Below, piece after piece: positions 1 through 8,226 of a DNA stretch of 64,000 bases. This DNA is from a virus. The DNA lies in IMG/VR virus record IMGVR_UViG_3300003323_000790, positions 16,993-80,992 of that record; one strand, given 5' to 3'. Made by a program: the position numbers and the translations under genes. The first letter of the stretch is position 1; the number at the start of each line of letters is the position of its first letter. The notes under the pieces are model-generated. The model had not been told where the DNA came from. It did no database searches and saw nothing but the letters and a program-made list of their open reading frames with translations.

Positions 1-21
1 AACTGGGTTAGGAGCTATTAC

Positions 22-567
22 GTGGGCGGTCAGCGCTATACAACCAAGGCAGACGTCGTCTGGAAGAACATACTGGCTCGCTGTATCCCTGGCGGCCCGT
101 ACCAGACAAGGGTGCCGAGCTATGTGGGCTGCACCAACGGCTTCGCAGATTTCCAGGAATTCGCTTCCTGGGCGACCTTGGCAGTCGGGTACGGCCGAGA
201 GCACTGGGTCATTGACAAAGATCTGTTGGCTGGTGGCCGAGGTAAAGTCTACTCGGCCGAGGTATGTCTTTTCATCCCGAGGGAGATCAATTCTTTCCTG
301 ACGAACGCTGCCGCAGTACGTGGAGATTTGCCCGTCGGTGTGGTGCGCGACACAGGTAAATGGGGCAGAACTGGTTACATGGCGCAGTTGCAAGATGGCA
401 CGCGGCGGAGAACTTTAGGGCGCTTCCACACAGCTAAAGATGCCTTTTCCGCCTACAAAGAAGCCAAAGAGGCTCGCGCGCGACAGCTTGCAGACCACTA
501 CGCGCCAAGCCTTGACGCCCGAGCTGTACAAGCTTTGCGAGATTTTCGCGTCCACTTCGACGCATAA
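22..567 (+). CDS. HNH-type homing endonuclease with C-terminal AP2-like domain (true start may lie upstream of window)
   Basis: W..IL.RC, DFQEFASW, IDKDLL...YSAEVCLFIPREIN nuclease core and LGRF.TA.DA..AY..AK AP2-like tail. Confidence 0.75.
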   Translation: MGGQRYTTKADVVWKNILARCIPGGPYQTRVPSYVGCTNGFADFQEFASWATLAVGYGREHWVIDKDLLAGGRGKVYSAEVCLFIPREINSFLTNAAAVRGDLPVGVVRDTGKWGRTGYMAQLQDGTRRRTLGRFHTAKDAFSAYKEAKEARARQLADHYAPSLDARAVQALRDFRVHFDA

Positions 568-593
568 CTACCTCAACATAAAGGACTGACAAA

Positions 594-1067
594 ATGGGAA
601 TCTTCTCCAGCATCCTGGAGGCCTTGGGCCTCAAGAAACGCAAGAGCCTAGCGCCGGCGTATCCGAAGTTTCCAGAGCCGACTCGGCCGGCCCCGCCGGT
701 GCCGAAGATCAAGGCCTTCCAGCCCCTGCGCAGCCCGCCGCCTCCCGAGCCGCCGGCGACGCGCCGCATTCGCGATGACCAGCCACCGCCAAAGCCCTCC
801 ACGGCCCCTACAGCGCGCGCTACGGCCGAGGAAACCCGTCGGCAGCAGGACGACCACTACAGCTGGCCCTACGGCCCTGGCGGGGTTCTGTACGACCGCA
901 CCGGGCACATGACGTCCAGCTTCGACAGCAGTCCGGCGCCGTCGCCAGCGCCGTCTTCGTACGATTGCCCGGCACCGAGCCCAAGTCCGAGCTACGACAG
1001 CCCATCACCATCTAGCGACTGTTCGCCATCGTCGAGCGATAGCTCGTCTTCCAGCAGCTGGGATTAA
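594..1067 (+). CDS. Pro/Ser-rich hypothetical protein
   Basis: AAGGA SD upstream; low-complexity C-terminus ending SSSDSSSSSSWD. Confidence 0.6.
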   Translation: MGIFSSILEALGLKKRKSLAPAYPKFPEPTRPAPPVPKIKAFQPLRSPPPPEPPATRRIRDDQPPPKPSTAPTARATAEETRRQQDDHYSWPYGPGGVLYDRTGHMTSSFDSSPAPSPAPSSYDCPAPSPSPSYDSPSPSSDCSPSSSDSSSSSSWD

Positions 1068-1078
1068 GGAGACAAGAA

Positions 1079-1384
1079 GTGAAACTGATCATCGAGACCC
1101 TCGACCGGCCGGGTCACGCCGGCGCCAGCCACCTCTACAAGATCAGCGGCTATGACAGTTCGCTCAATCCGGCGGAGGCGCGCCGGCTGCGCCCGGACAA
1201 GTTCACCGCCATCATGCTCCAGAGCGGCCCGACCAAGGAGACGCCCAACGGTGTCTCCATGACGGCGCTGCTGGCCGTCATGGAGCACCACATCACCAGC
1301 CGGTCCGACCGCGACAACCTGCACTATGCCCGCGCCCTGATGCACATGGAAGCGGCGCGCCATGAATTGGAGCAATTACCATGA
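1079..1384 (+). CDS. Tad1/Acb2-like (anti-defence sponge-like) protein, divergent
   Basis: AAGGAG SD; PGHAGASHLYKI...IMLQSGPTKE..NGVS..ALLAV...ALMHMEAA resembles the Tad1-family pattern GxGGAxHxY...FQxGP...NGV...LL...ALT..EEA. Confidence 0.5.
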   Translation: MKLIIETLDRPGHAGASHLYKISGYDSSLNPAEARRLRPDKFTAIMLQSGPTKETPNGVSMTALLAVMEHHITSRSDRDNLHYARALMHMEAARHELEQLP

Positions 1385-1698
1385 ACCTGCCACCAATGGT
1401 CACCTTGGAAGTGCGCATCGGGGAAATGCAGCACGGCATCAACGCGCTGCTCGATGCGCGCGAGCTGGATCTCAAGGCTCGCATCAGCGAGGTGCTTTCC
1501 ACGCACCTCACCGAAGACAAGCTCCAGGCGCTGATCTGGAAAACCACGACCGAGACGACCGACAAGATGATCACCCAGATCACCGAGCAGGCCGTCCGGA
1601 ATTTCTTCTACAACGACGGCGGCGCGGTGGTTGAAGCCGCCGTCAAGGCCAAGCTCCGGACGGAGATGGCCAAAATCCTGCAGGAGCCAGAAGCATGA
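1381..1698 (+). CDS. hypothetical protein
   Basis: ATGA overlap with upstream gene, GGAG SD. Confidence 0.65.
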   Translation: MNLPPMVTLEVRIGEMQHGINALLDARELDLKARISEVLSTHLTEDKLQALIWKTTTETTDKMITQITEQAVRNFFYNDGGAVVEAAVKAKLRTEMAKILQEPEA

Positions 1699-1985
1699 AG
1701 ACCATCTACAAATACCAGATCCCGCTCGACACCGACGCGCCGATTCTCGACCTGCCTGATGGCGCGCAAATCCTGCACGTCGACACCCAGACCGGCGAAG
1801 ACCTGTGTCTGTGGGCGCTGGTCGATCCGAGCCTGGACAGCTGCACGCGGCGCTTCCTGCACATCGTCGGCACTGGGCAGCCGGTGCCGCAGGTGAAGTA
1901 CGGCCTGGCCCACCTTGGAACGGCGCTGATGATGGGCGGCCGTCTCGTCATCCATGTTTTCGAGCATGTGTGCAATGAAACCTGA
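1695..1985 (+). CDS. conserved small phage protein (MKTIYKY...W..VD...GTG...LGT...HVFE type)
   Basis: Recognisable motif pattern of a widespread phage DUF; translational coupling. Confidence 0.7.
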   Translation: MKTIYKYQIPLDTDAPILDLPDGAQILHVDTQTGEDLCLWALVDPSLDSCTRRFLHIVGTGQPVPQVKYGLAHLGTALMMGGRLVIHVFEHVCNET

Positions 1986-2211
1986 TACCCTTTACGGCTT
2001 CTTCTATTGCAGCTGTATCTACGAAAGTGCCGATGCACTGCAGAGTCTGCACCGCACGAAAGCCGGAGCTTGGCACGCCTTGCGCGCTGCGTTGTTTGCC
2101 CGTGCGGTGCAGGAGCGCGAGGCCGCCTTGCGGTTCGGCCGTCACCTCACTGTAGAGCGGTGGTGGAAGTACGAGCGGTACACTGTTCACCCAATCGAGG
2201 TGCAGGAATGA
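1975..2211 (+). CDS. hypothetical protein
   Basis: Fills the gap in a tightly packed operon. Confidence 0.5.
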   Translation: MKPDTLYGFFYCSCIYESADALQSLHRTKAGAWHALRAALFARAVQEREAALRFGRHLTVERWWKYERYTVHPIEVQE

Positions 2212-2244
2212 AACCACTTAAACAACAAACGGAGGAATTTCTCA

Positions 2245-2535
2245 ATGGAGAAAATAAAGCTGCCAGAGAGCGTCGTGCAGCGCGCTGCGAATGCGGCGAA
2301 GGCGATGCGTGCCCAGGCCGCGCCGCCTGCCAGCGAGAGCTCGCAGAGTCGGGCGGCGTTCTACAGCCGCCGGTACGGCGGCGGCTACCGAACGGCACGT
2401 AAGGCCTTCACCTGCAACCAGTTCGGATGCTTCCGTCGCATCGAGCCCGGCACCAGCTATTTCGACACGATGGAAGTAACCGAATTCCCCAAGACCAAGC
2501 GAATCTGCGCAGCGTGCGCCGAGGAACACACATGA
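2245..2535 (+). CDS. hypothetical zinc-binding protein
   Basis: GGAGGA SD; RTARKAFTC...GC...I.PG..Y...RICAAC. Confidence 0.55.
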   Translation: MEKIKLPESVVQRAANAAKAMRAQAAPPASESSQSRAAFYSRRYGGGYRTARKAFTCNQFGCFRRIEPGTSYFDTMEVTEFPKTKRICAACAEEHT

Positions 2536-3152
2536 CCCAATCCGTCTACGACATTCTCGGCGTCAAGGCCACGGCCTCGCCGGCCGAGATCAAGAAAGCC
2601 TGGCGCAGGCTCGCGCAGGCGAACCATCCCGACAGAGGCGGCGATCCCAAGCTCTTCCAGAGCATCCAGCAAGCCTACGAAGTGCTGATCGACGTCGAGC
2701 GCCGCGCGCACTACGACCAGACCGGCTCCGACAAGGTGTCGGAGCCGGTCAGTAAGGAGCAGGTTCTGCTGGCCGAGGCCCAGCAGAACCTCGGCGTCTT
2801 GCTCAGTAGCCTGGTCGCGGCACACATCGACACCGTCCAGAGCCAGCCGCTCAAGTCGTTGCTGGTATTCGAGATCAAGGATCGGCTGGGCAAGGTGGGC
2901 AGGGACTTGGCACTCTTTGCCAAGGAGCGTTCAGCCCTGCTGGAAGTGGCGGATCGCTTTACCAGCAAGAGTGGTGCCTCGACGCTCTCCGACCTTGCCC
3001 GGTCGATCCTGTCAGGAGTGGACCAGAAGATTGATTCGGCGTCGAACTTCCGCCAGGTATGTGAGAAGATGCTGGAAATTGTCGAGCAGCACGAGTACCA
3101 CGCCGATCTGGCGTTGCCCGTCTCTGCGTCGACATGGTTTAGCCGGGTGTAG
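2532..3152 (+). CDS. J-domain (DnaJ-like) protein
   Basis: YDILGV...EIKKAWRRLAQANHPDRGG...IQQAYEVL with intact HPD motif; GAGG SD before ATG 2532. Confidence 0.9.
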   Translation: MTQSVYDILGVKATASPAEIKKAWRRLAQANHPDRGGDPKLFQSIQQAYEVLIDVERRAHYDQTGSDKVSEPVSKEQVLLAEAQQNLGVLLSSLVAAHIDTVQSQPLKSLLVFEIKDRLGKVGRDLALFAKERSALLEVADRFTSKSGASTLSDLARSILSGVDQKIDSASNFRQVCEKMLEIVEQHEYHADLALPVSASTWFSRV

Positions 3153-3158
3153 AAGAAG

Positions 3159-3182
3159 AAAGCCCGCCAAATGGCGGGCTTC
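3159..3182. terminator. intrinsic terminator between convergent genes
   Basis: AAGCCCGCC-AAAT-GGCGGGCTT hairpin; U-rich tail on the - strand. Confidence 0.75.
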
Positions 3183-3222
3183 AACTGCCTGAAGATGAGG
3201 GCCTGTTTCGGCAGGCCTTCAG

Positions 3223-3393
3223 CTAGCGACGATAGCTCTCATGCTCGGGCAGGTCGCTTTCGCTTATTTCCACAATCTCGTAGCTGCCCTCCGGAAACGG
3301 GCCGACGTCCTCGTTGAACTTGCTGTCGGCTTTCTCCTTGCTTTCTGCAGCGTAGTACAGGGTGAAGCCGGGGGCACTGATTTTGAAGTACAT
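3223..3393 (-). CDS. small hypothetical protein (56 aa, MYFKISAPGFTLYYAA...), absent from ORF track
   Basis: AGGAG SD 6 nt upstream of ATG, directly after the deacetylase-like gene. Confidence 0.6.
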   Translation of the reverse strand: MYFKISAPGFTLYYAAESKEKADSKFNEDVGPFPEGSYEIVEISESDLPEHESYRR

Positions 3394-3404
3394 GGTAAGC
3401 TCCT

Positions 3405-4757
3405 TTAAATATACACATCGGCGTCAAGAACCGCCTTCGATTGCGAGCATAGCACGTTCTGGAAGCCGTCCGTGAACTCTGCGGCCTTCATCAGTTCGCA
3501 CCACTGGTAGAACTGCGTCAGATCAATACCAAGTCCATCAGGTGGGCCGGACTTGGCAGTGTGCGTGAAGAAGTGCTGAAGGCCGCCGTGGAATTTAAGG
3601 GCTGCAATGCGATTCACCAGCTGCGTGTAAGCGGTTCCGGTATTCAGATTCGTACCGAGCAGCTGGTTTTGCCCCTGGCGCGTCATGCCGTCCACAAAAC
3701 TCGACCCGCCAGTACCGACACTGTTCAGCACCGGGCTGCCGCCGCCACGACGCCACACCACACCCTTGGATGCGAGAGTCGCATCGTTGGCGCGGTTGGA
3801 TGAGTTCAGTGGGTAGGCAAACACCTTGGGCGCTGGCAGACCAGCGGCCACGAAGTTGTCAACGCTGGCGAGCCAGTCCGCACCGATGTCGCGACCATTT
3901 GAGCTGTAGTCGGTATGCCCAATGCCTTGCGTACCCACTTCCCAGCCGTAGGTATTGATCAGGGTTTTCAGCATCGCCGCGTTGTTATTCACGGTGGCAG
4001 CGTCGCCGTCGATGAATGCTGTTGCTACCCAGCCGTTTGCTGCGAATGCAGGCGCAATAACGCTCAGGATTGTGGAGTCAGGGCTATCGGTCGAGAATGA
4101 CCAGCGCGGGATCCCCTTGGAGCCAACCACCAGCGAATCCAGCCAGCAAGTTTTGCTGGCCAGGCCGGTAAAGACAATCTCAAAATAGTTAAACGGATCA
4201 CCCCACGCCTGGCCGCCAGTGGAAACCCACGTCGTACCGGCCTGCGGCTCCATGGTGCCGTCTTCGCCAGCGCGCAAGGGAATAAAGTTCCAGCCTGGCC
4301 GGAAGTAAAAATTGGTCAGCGTGTAGGCAAGATTCTTGGTTGCCAAGGCATCCGAAGAAAACTTGATGATGGCAGTGGTGCTGCCAAAGGTAGGCTCATC
4401 GATGTAGACGGCCAACTTCATTTCCGTGCCGGACTGGATGTAAAACACCGTGCCGAACGTTTTCTTGATGCCGTCGTTGCTCGCACCGGCACCGAACACG
4501 CATTTGATTGCAGCCGAGCTACGCTGCGCTTTAGCCGCATCCGACGAACGGGTCACGCCGCCCGAGACAGCTGCCCAGTTCGCCGTATCGGAGAAGTCGA
4601 ACAGGACCGAAGCCTTGCGGTTACGTGGCTGTGGCACCAAGATTGGCGGCGCATTGGGGACCGCAAACCCTGGGGAATATCCTGTAGGGCTGCGCAAAGT
4701 CAGCGCAGGGGCCGAACCCTGCTGGATAACTGCATCTCGGCGAATCGTCGCACTCAT
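3405..4757 (-). CDS. putative virion-associated protein: beta-sandwich region plus degenerate polysaccharide deacetylase (CE4/NodB-like) domain
   Basis: WSFSTD...ATAFI...GWEVGTQGIGH...FAYP...FFTH order matches NodB-type motifs. Confidence 0.65.
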   Translation of the reverse strand: MSATIRRDAVIQQGSAPALTLRSPTGYSPGFAVPNAPPILVPQPRNRKASVLFDFSDTANWAAVSGGVTRSSDAAKAQRSSAAIKCVFGAGASNDGIKKTFGTVFYIQSGTEMKLAVYIDEPTFGSTTAIIKFSSDALATKNLAYTLTNFYFRPGWNFIPLRAGEDGTMEPQAGTTWVSTGGQAWGDPFNYFEIVFTGLASKTCWLDSLVVGSKGIPRWSFSTDSPDSTILSVIAPAFAANGWVATAFIDGDAATVNNNAAMLKTLINTYGWEVGTQGIGHTDYSSNGRDIGADWLASVDNFVAAGLPAPKVFAYPLNSSNRANDATLASKGVVWRRGGGSPVLNSVGTGGSSFVDGMTRQGQNQLLGTNLNTGTAYTQLVNRIAALKFHGGLQHFFTHTAKSGPPDGLGIDLTQFYQWCELMKAAEFTDGFQNVLCSQSKAVLDADVYI

Positions 4758-5104
4758 GCTGCACCCATACCAGAAGCCGCTGCCGTGACAGAAGCCGATA
4801 CCAGGCCGCCACCATTTACCGACACAACGTTAGCACGCACACGAGGGAAAGGCGCATTCGGATCGACGTCCGAGTTGGTCACCGGCACGGTCAAGGTGGA
4901 GGTGCCATCGAGATTAAACGTCAGGCGAGTCGCTGGAATGCCGTCATTGTTATCCACCTCGATAATAACCTTGGCGGTTACTGCTGCCGCCACACCCCCC
5001 AGGCTGATCACATAGCCGCGGTTCGACATTTCCGGATGCAAGGTGTGCCAGGCGCCAGGGCCGGTGGTGCCCTGCGCTGTCATAAGGGTTTTGGTCTGGG
5101 CCAT
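4754..5104 (-). CDS. small beta-rich putative virion protein
   Basis: AAGGAG SD, ATG at 5104; VRANVVSVNGG-type C-terminus; coupled to the next gene. Confidence 0.6.
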   Translation of the reverse strand: MAQTKTLMTAQGTTGPGAWHTLHPEMSNRGYVISLGGVAAAVTAKVIIEVDNNDGIPATRLTFNLDGTSTLTVPVTNSDVDPNAPFPRVRANVVSVNGGGLVSASVTAAASGMGAA

Positions 5105-5146
5105 GATGGAGAACTCCTTGGGTGGCGAGAAATTGGTATTCCCGAC

Positions 5147-5175
5147 ATTCTGGCATGAAACTTGCCCTGGGTCAA
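5147..5175 (-). promoter_or_regulatory. sigma70-like promoter, GCAA-spacer class
   Basis: TTGACC-17-CAGAAT with extended TG; spacer contains GCAA-N6-TGC. Confidence 0.65.
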
Positions 5176-5189
5176 AGAAGAAGTCCACA

Positions 5190-5218
5190 GTGACACAAAT
5201 GAGAAAGTTTGATAGATT
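5190..5218 (+). promoter_or_regulatory. sigma70-like promoter
   Basis: GTGACA-17-TAGATT with extended TG, divergent from the 5147-5175 promoter. Confidence 0.55.
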
Positions 5219-5248
5219 AAGTTCCTCAACCGTAACAAGGAGAACGAA

Positions 5249-5455
5249 GTGCAAGTACAGGTGAACAAAGACGTAGCATGGGAATACATTCAACCGGCAC
5301 CACTCAATAAGAAGCTGCTGCTCCTGACCAAGGACAACCAGTGCGTGGTGGGTGTTTTCAAAGGTGAGCCGTTGCCGGACAACCGCACCTATAAGGCGTG
5401 GCAAGGCCTCCCGGACCGCAACCGGGAAACCGAGCTGGCACTGGGCTACGCATGA
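5249..5455 (+). CDS. hypothetical protein
   Basis: AAGGAG SD; W...P.P...KLLLL...W..LP pattern common in phage small proteins. Confidence 0.65.
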   Translation: MQVQVNKDVAWEYIQPAPLNKKLLLLTKDNQCVVGVFKGEPLPDNRTYKAWQGLPDRNRETELALGYA

Positions 5456-5862
5456 GCGACCCAAAATTCACAGCCTTGATGGCCAAGCTGCAGCGCAACC
5501 CGCTCTGGTTTGGCCCTCGCGGGTGGACGTGGACGACGCCCGACGGGCAGGTCCAGACGTTAGAGAACATCGCTCGGCAGCTGCCGGGCATGGCCAACCT
5601 GCTGTGGCTCTCGCTGCCGCTGGAGCGCCCAGCCGAGTACGACGCCCGCAATAACAGCGTCTACATGTGGGTGCTAGCCATCGGCGGCACCTCCCATAAC
5701 GTAAAGCGCTGGCCGGCCGGAACCTGGGAGCAACTCGCCGAGGGCCTGACCCTGGAAGAGTTTATCGCGCTGCCGGTGCCGCCGGCCGGCAGCACGGCCG
5801 ACCACCTGCAACGCCTTGCCCTTATCAAGGAAACCCATGCCAAAGCCAAAACTCACACTTGA
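5452..5862 (+). CDS. hypothetical protein
   Basis: ATGA overlap, phage-like codon usage. Confidence 0.6.
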   Translation: MSDPKFTALMAKLQRNPLWFGPRGWTWTTPDGQVQTLENIARQLPGMANLLWLSLPLERPAEYDARNNSVYMWVLAIGGTSHNVKRWPAGTWEQLAEGLTLEEFIALPVPPAGSTADHLQRLALIKETHAKAKTHT

Positions 5863-8185
5863 GCAGGTGATGGAACGGTATCCGTTCCCCTTCGAGCTCA
5901 AGCCCAATCAGAAAGAGGACATTATCCAGCTGGCCGAGTGGGGCCGCGCGCTGGGCGACCTGCCGGTCGGTTACGGCAAGACAGCGATCGCCACGGCCGT
6001 GGCTTTAATGCTACAGCCGGACGTCACCGTTGTGCTGGTGCCGCCTATCCTGGTGCCGGACTGGGTGCACTGGCTAAACAGCATCCCGAACATCGGCAGG
6101 GTGGTGGCGTGGGACGGCTCGCCGAAAGTGCGCGCCACCTTGGACCCGCACTCCGACTGGCTGGTCATGTCGTACGGCGTATTCCTGAAGGACGCCGAGC
6201 GCCTGAAGAAGGCGCTTCGAGAGGTCAACTTGTTCACGATTGTGGACGAGTGCTTCCCAGAAGGCACGTCGGTGCTCACACCGGAAGGTGAGCGGCCGAT
6301 AGAGGCCCTACGGAGCGGAGATTTAGTGTTGACCTCGGCAGGCCCACAAAGTATCGTTGAAGTATTTAAAAATCTGGCTTTTCAACTTTACACCCTGGAG
6401 CTTACGAATGGTACTGAGCTTACTTGCACAGGAAATCACCCAATATTTACGGACCTTGGATGGGTTGCCGCACGAGATTGTGAAGGAAGACAGGTACTTC
6501 ATCACGCTCAGGTGTGTGATGTGTCAAACGGAGTTCGAAAAGAAGATCTCGCTCATGGCCTATGCGATGCGCCACAAGAAACCCCTTGGGACCGCTTGCT
6601 CGAAGACATGCAAAGCGCATCGCCGAGCCTTGTTGTACCCAGAAAGCTACAAAGCAGCTGGCCTGAAGATGAAAGGAATTCCAAAGCCGGGTCCGAGAGG
6701 GGCGGGGAAAACTCGGATGCCCCTGAGCGACGCACACCGTGCGGCAGTGTCCGCAACTCTGAAGGCCAAGAGCCACAGGCCGCCCGTGCGGAAGGGGAAC
6801 GGGACTGGAATGACTCCAATGGAGGCAAAGTTATGGCCCCTGCTGATCTCTCTGGGGTTTGTGTGGAACCACGCAGTGAGCCTGGGCGCCAAGCACGAGA
6901 AGGGGTATCCATTCTGCTACAAGCTGGACTTCGCCCTTCCGGACGAGAAGGTGGGTCTGGAGGTGGATGGCCTATCGCACAACCTGATTTCTCGGCAAGC
7001 ACAGGACAGGAAGAAAGTCGAGAAGCTGGCGGAGTTAGGGTGGCGCGTGTTTCGTGTCAAGAATTCTCAGGTGGAATCCCTGTCTTCAACCTCCACGTTG
7101 CTCGACGTCATGACTATTATGCCGGAGGAATTCTCGTCCATAATTGCCAGAACTTTAAGAACTATCAGTCCAAGCGGTACATCGAGCTCAAGGCCTTGAC
7201 CGATGGCCAAGCGGCCGCGCCGCTCATGATGTCAGGCACCATGCTCTCGTCGCCCGAGGACGCCTACGGCTACGTGAAGCTGACCAACCCGAGCGCCTAC
7301 ACCAGCTTCCTGCAGTTCCGCAACATCCACGTCGCCGAAGTGGACTTCTTCGGGCGCGTTACGAAGTGGCAGCAGCTGGACCTCATGCAAAAGAATCTGT
7401 CCTATCGCCGCGTACGTCGGCTGAAGGAAGAAGTGCACGCCCACTTGATCAAGCCCCTTGTAATTCCGATCTTCTACGACCTGCCCAAGGAGCACATGAA
7501 GCTCTACAAGGAGCTGATGAACGACCAGATCCTGCTGCTGGATGACGGAAGCAAGATTGATGCCAGCACCGCGCAGCGGCTTTACCACTACTCACAGCAG
7601 ATCATCACCAACTGGGGCTACTTCGCCGACGACCCGACGAAGCGCTCGGCCGTGTTCGACCTGATCGACCAGGTGTGCGAGCAGCTGCGGCTCGGCGAGC
7701 CCCCGGTGCCGGGCGTCGAGGCCGGCCCCGACGCCGAGAAGCTGATCCTCTGGACGATGTACAAAATGACCAGCCGCACCGTGCTGGGCTACCTACAGGA
7801 AAAGCTTAAGCCGCTGGGCAAGGAGGCTGTGGGCGCATGGTCCGAGACCGACAGTCGCAAGGCTGTGGCCGCTTTCATGCGCGATCCGGACACGGTCGGC
7901 ATGGCCGCCCAGCCGGGCTCGGTCGGCGCCGGCCTGAATCCGCAGTACGTGTGCCGGGCGATCGGTTACGTCGAGATCCCGACCCGCACGATTGGTTTCA
8001 TCCAGTCGTCGGGGCGCATCTATCGCGAGGGTCAAAAGTATCAGCCGCTGGTGTGGCTCTTTGTTGCGCGCGACACCATCCAGGAAAAGCTGCTGGAGAA
8101 CCTACAGACAAACGACGACCTTGTCAATAAAGTTTCCGGCACGAAGCAGGGGATCAGAAATATGATTTTCCCAAATGGAAGATAG
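5837..8185 (+). CDS. SNF2/SF2 DNA helicase, intein-containing
   Basis: Walker A PVGYGKT, Walker B IVDE|C, MSGT, GAGLN, QSSGRIYREGQ. Confidence 0.9.
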   Translation: MPKPKLTLEQVMERYPFPFELKPNQKEDIIQLAEWGRALGDLPVGYGKTAIATAVALMLQPDVTVVLVPPILVPDWVHWLNSIPNIGRVVAWDGSPKVRATLDPHSDWLVMSYGVFLKDAERLKKALREVNLFTIVDECFPEGTSVLTPEGERPIEALRSGDLVLTSAGPQSIVEVFKNLAFQLYTLELTNGTELTCTGNHPIFTDLGWVAARDCEGRQVLHHAQVCDVSNGVRKEDLAHGLCDAPQETPWDRLLEDMQSASPSLVVPRKLQSSWPEDERNSKAGSERGGENSDAPERRTPCGSVRNSEGQEPQAARAEGERDWNDSNGGKVMAPADLSGVCVEPRSEPGRQAREGVSILLQAGLRPSGREGGSGGGWPIAQPDFSASTGQEESREAGGVRVARVSCQEFSGGIPVFNLHVARRHDYYAGGILVHNCQNFKNYQSKRYIELKALTDGQAAAPLMMSGTMLSSPEDAYGYVKLTNPSAYTSFLQFRNIHVAEVDFFGRVTKWQQLDLMQKNLSYRRVRRLKEEVHAHLIKPLVIPIFYDLPKEHMKLYKELMNDQILLLDDGSKIDASTAQRLYHYSQQIITNWGYFADDPTKRSAVFDLIDQVCEQLRLGEPPVPGVEAGPDAEKLILWTMYKMTSRTVLGYLQEKLKPLGKEAVGAWSETDSRKAVAAFMRDPDTVGMAAQPGSVGAGLNPQYVCRAIGYVEIPTRTIGFIQSSGRIYREGQKYQPLVWLFVARDTIQEKLLENLQTNDDLVNKVSGTKQGIRNMIFPNGR
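6251..7144 (+). mobile_element. intein (298 aa) in helicase Walker B; no in-frame endonuclease
   Basis: Starts CFPEGTSVLT, block B TCTGNHP, ends VFNLHV...YYAGGILVHN followed by +1 Cys; splicing restores IVDE-CQNFK. Confidence 0.92.
6408..7199 (+). CDS. Vsr/DUF559-like (EDxHD-type) endonuclease overprinted in the +1 frame of the intein
   Basis: GGAG SD 7 nt before ATG 6408; CVMC...CSKTC zinc site, NUMOD3-like LSDAHRAAVSATLK, YKLDFA...GLEVDGLSH...DRKK...LGWRVFRV. Confidence 0.85.
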   Translation: MVLSLLAQEITQYLRTLDGLPHEIVKEDRYFITLRCVMCQTEFEKKISLMAYAMRHKKPLGTACSKTCKAHRRALLYPESYKAAGLKMKGIPKPGPRGAGKTRMPLSDAHRAAVSATLKAKSHRPPVRKGNGTGMTPMEAKLWPLLISLGFVWNHAVSLGAKHEKGYPFCYKLDFALPDEKVGLEVDGLSHNLISRQAQDRKKVEKLAELGWRVFRVKNSQVESLSSTSTLLDVMTIMPEEFSSIIARTLRTISPSGTSSSRP

Positions 8186-8226
8186 GCTAGAATTCCATTC
8201 TCAACTGAAACACTTACGAGGCAACA

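Noticed and set aside
2208-2402. Alternative-frame Cys-containing ORF overlapping 2245-2535
   Set aside because: The 2245 ORF has the better SD and a coherent zinc motif; cannot support dual coding here
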